Source: Lepidodermella squamata
Lineage: Eukaryota; Animalia; Gastrotricha
Assembly (NCBI GenBank): GCA_047495785.1
Contig: JBLDXI010000015.1
Coordinates: 1,612,001-1,676,000, forward strand
Length of the DNA stretch: 64,000 nucleotides
Reading direction: 5' to 3'
This document shows positions 63,605 to 64,000 of this stretch, one piece after another. Below the pieces are notes generated by a model that saw nothing but the letters and a program-made list of their open reading frames with translations, made no database searches and was not told the DNA's origin. Numbering within the stretch: position 1 is the first letter of the stretch; every line of letters starts with the position of its first letter. The position numbers and the translations under genes were made by a program.

Positions 63605-63678
63605 TGCCCCCTGTGAGGATCGAACTCACGACCTCCAGATTATGAGACTGGCGCTCTAGCCAACTGAGCCAAGGAGGC
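63605..63678 (-). tRNA. tRNA-Met(CAT)
   Basis: Intact cloverleaf. Confidence 0.93.
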
Positions 63679-63704
63679 GCTTGTGGTCAATCATGACCCT
63701 ATTC

Positions 63705-63777
63705 TTATTCTTGTATGGCGGCACACTGATTGGCTACTGGCGGCATAATGGCACGATTATTCCGTGGGATGATGACG
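63705..63777 (+). pseudogene. Duplicated fragment of LicD5 exon 2 (LYGGTLIGYWRHNGTIIPWDDD)
   Basis: Near-identical to 57979-58052; 5' truncated; splice donor GT>AT at 63778. Confidence 0.85.
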
Positions 63778-63966
63778 ATAAGTTAAATTTTCATTACTGT
63801 TGCGGTAGAGCTCAATGCAGTTCCATTTCAAACTAGGTTAGGTGAATTTTATCATTAAAAAAACGGACATAATATATTAAGCCTATTCGAGACCACATTT
63901 CTTGAGAAAAATATCGCTTTTTCATTGAGGTCAAATTTCAGCAAGAATATTAGTTTTAAAAGTGCG

Positions 63967-64000
63967 CTAATGCTTAATCACCAGTGTCTGCAGCTTATCA
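63967..64000 (-). CDS. 3' end of a second copy of the class C GPCR (continues beyond window)
   Basis: Identical to 58245-58278 (DKLQTLVIKH*). Confidence 0.75.
   Translation of the reverse strand, partial: DKLQTLVIKH

Overview
Eukaryotic (metazoan, invertebrate-type) genomic DNA with mostly short GT-AG introns; no prokaryotic features and no CRISPR. The window is a duplication-rich locus of secretory-pathway and cell-surface genes. (1) Five paralogous type II membrane LicD/fukutin-family nucleotidyltransferase-fold genes, each with two tandem LicD domains. After splicing by eye, every N-terminal domain has lost most or all of the metal-binding aspartates and every C-terminal domain keeps PWDDDxD plus the downstream Asp. 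(2) The fifth LicD gene has two ~3.3-kb introns, each inside a PWD motif, that host antisense genes (an ankyrin/SOCS-box protein and a frameshifted GABA-B-like class C GPCR). (3) Two paralogous 6xMAM-mucin-SEA-like-TM genes and two EGF-repeat paralogs, one disrupted by a 2.25-kb TIR element. (4) Single HHAT-like MBOAT, CAP/SCP, double Ly6-like, putative GPI-anchored Thr-rich and small TM genes. (5) Five dispersed, partly decayed copies of one 8-tRNA cassette (Arg-Thr-Met-Glu-Val-Ala-Val-Ser) lying between the duplicated genes, one with a Glu anticodon switch. (6) Several MITEs. All gene models were spliced manually and are unverified by transcripts.
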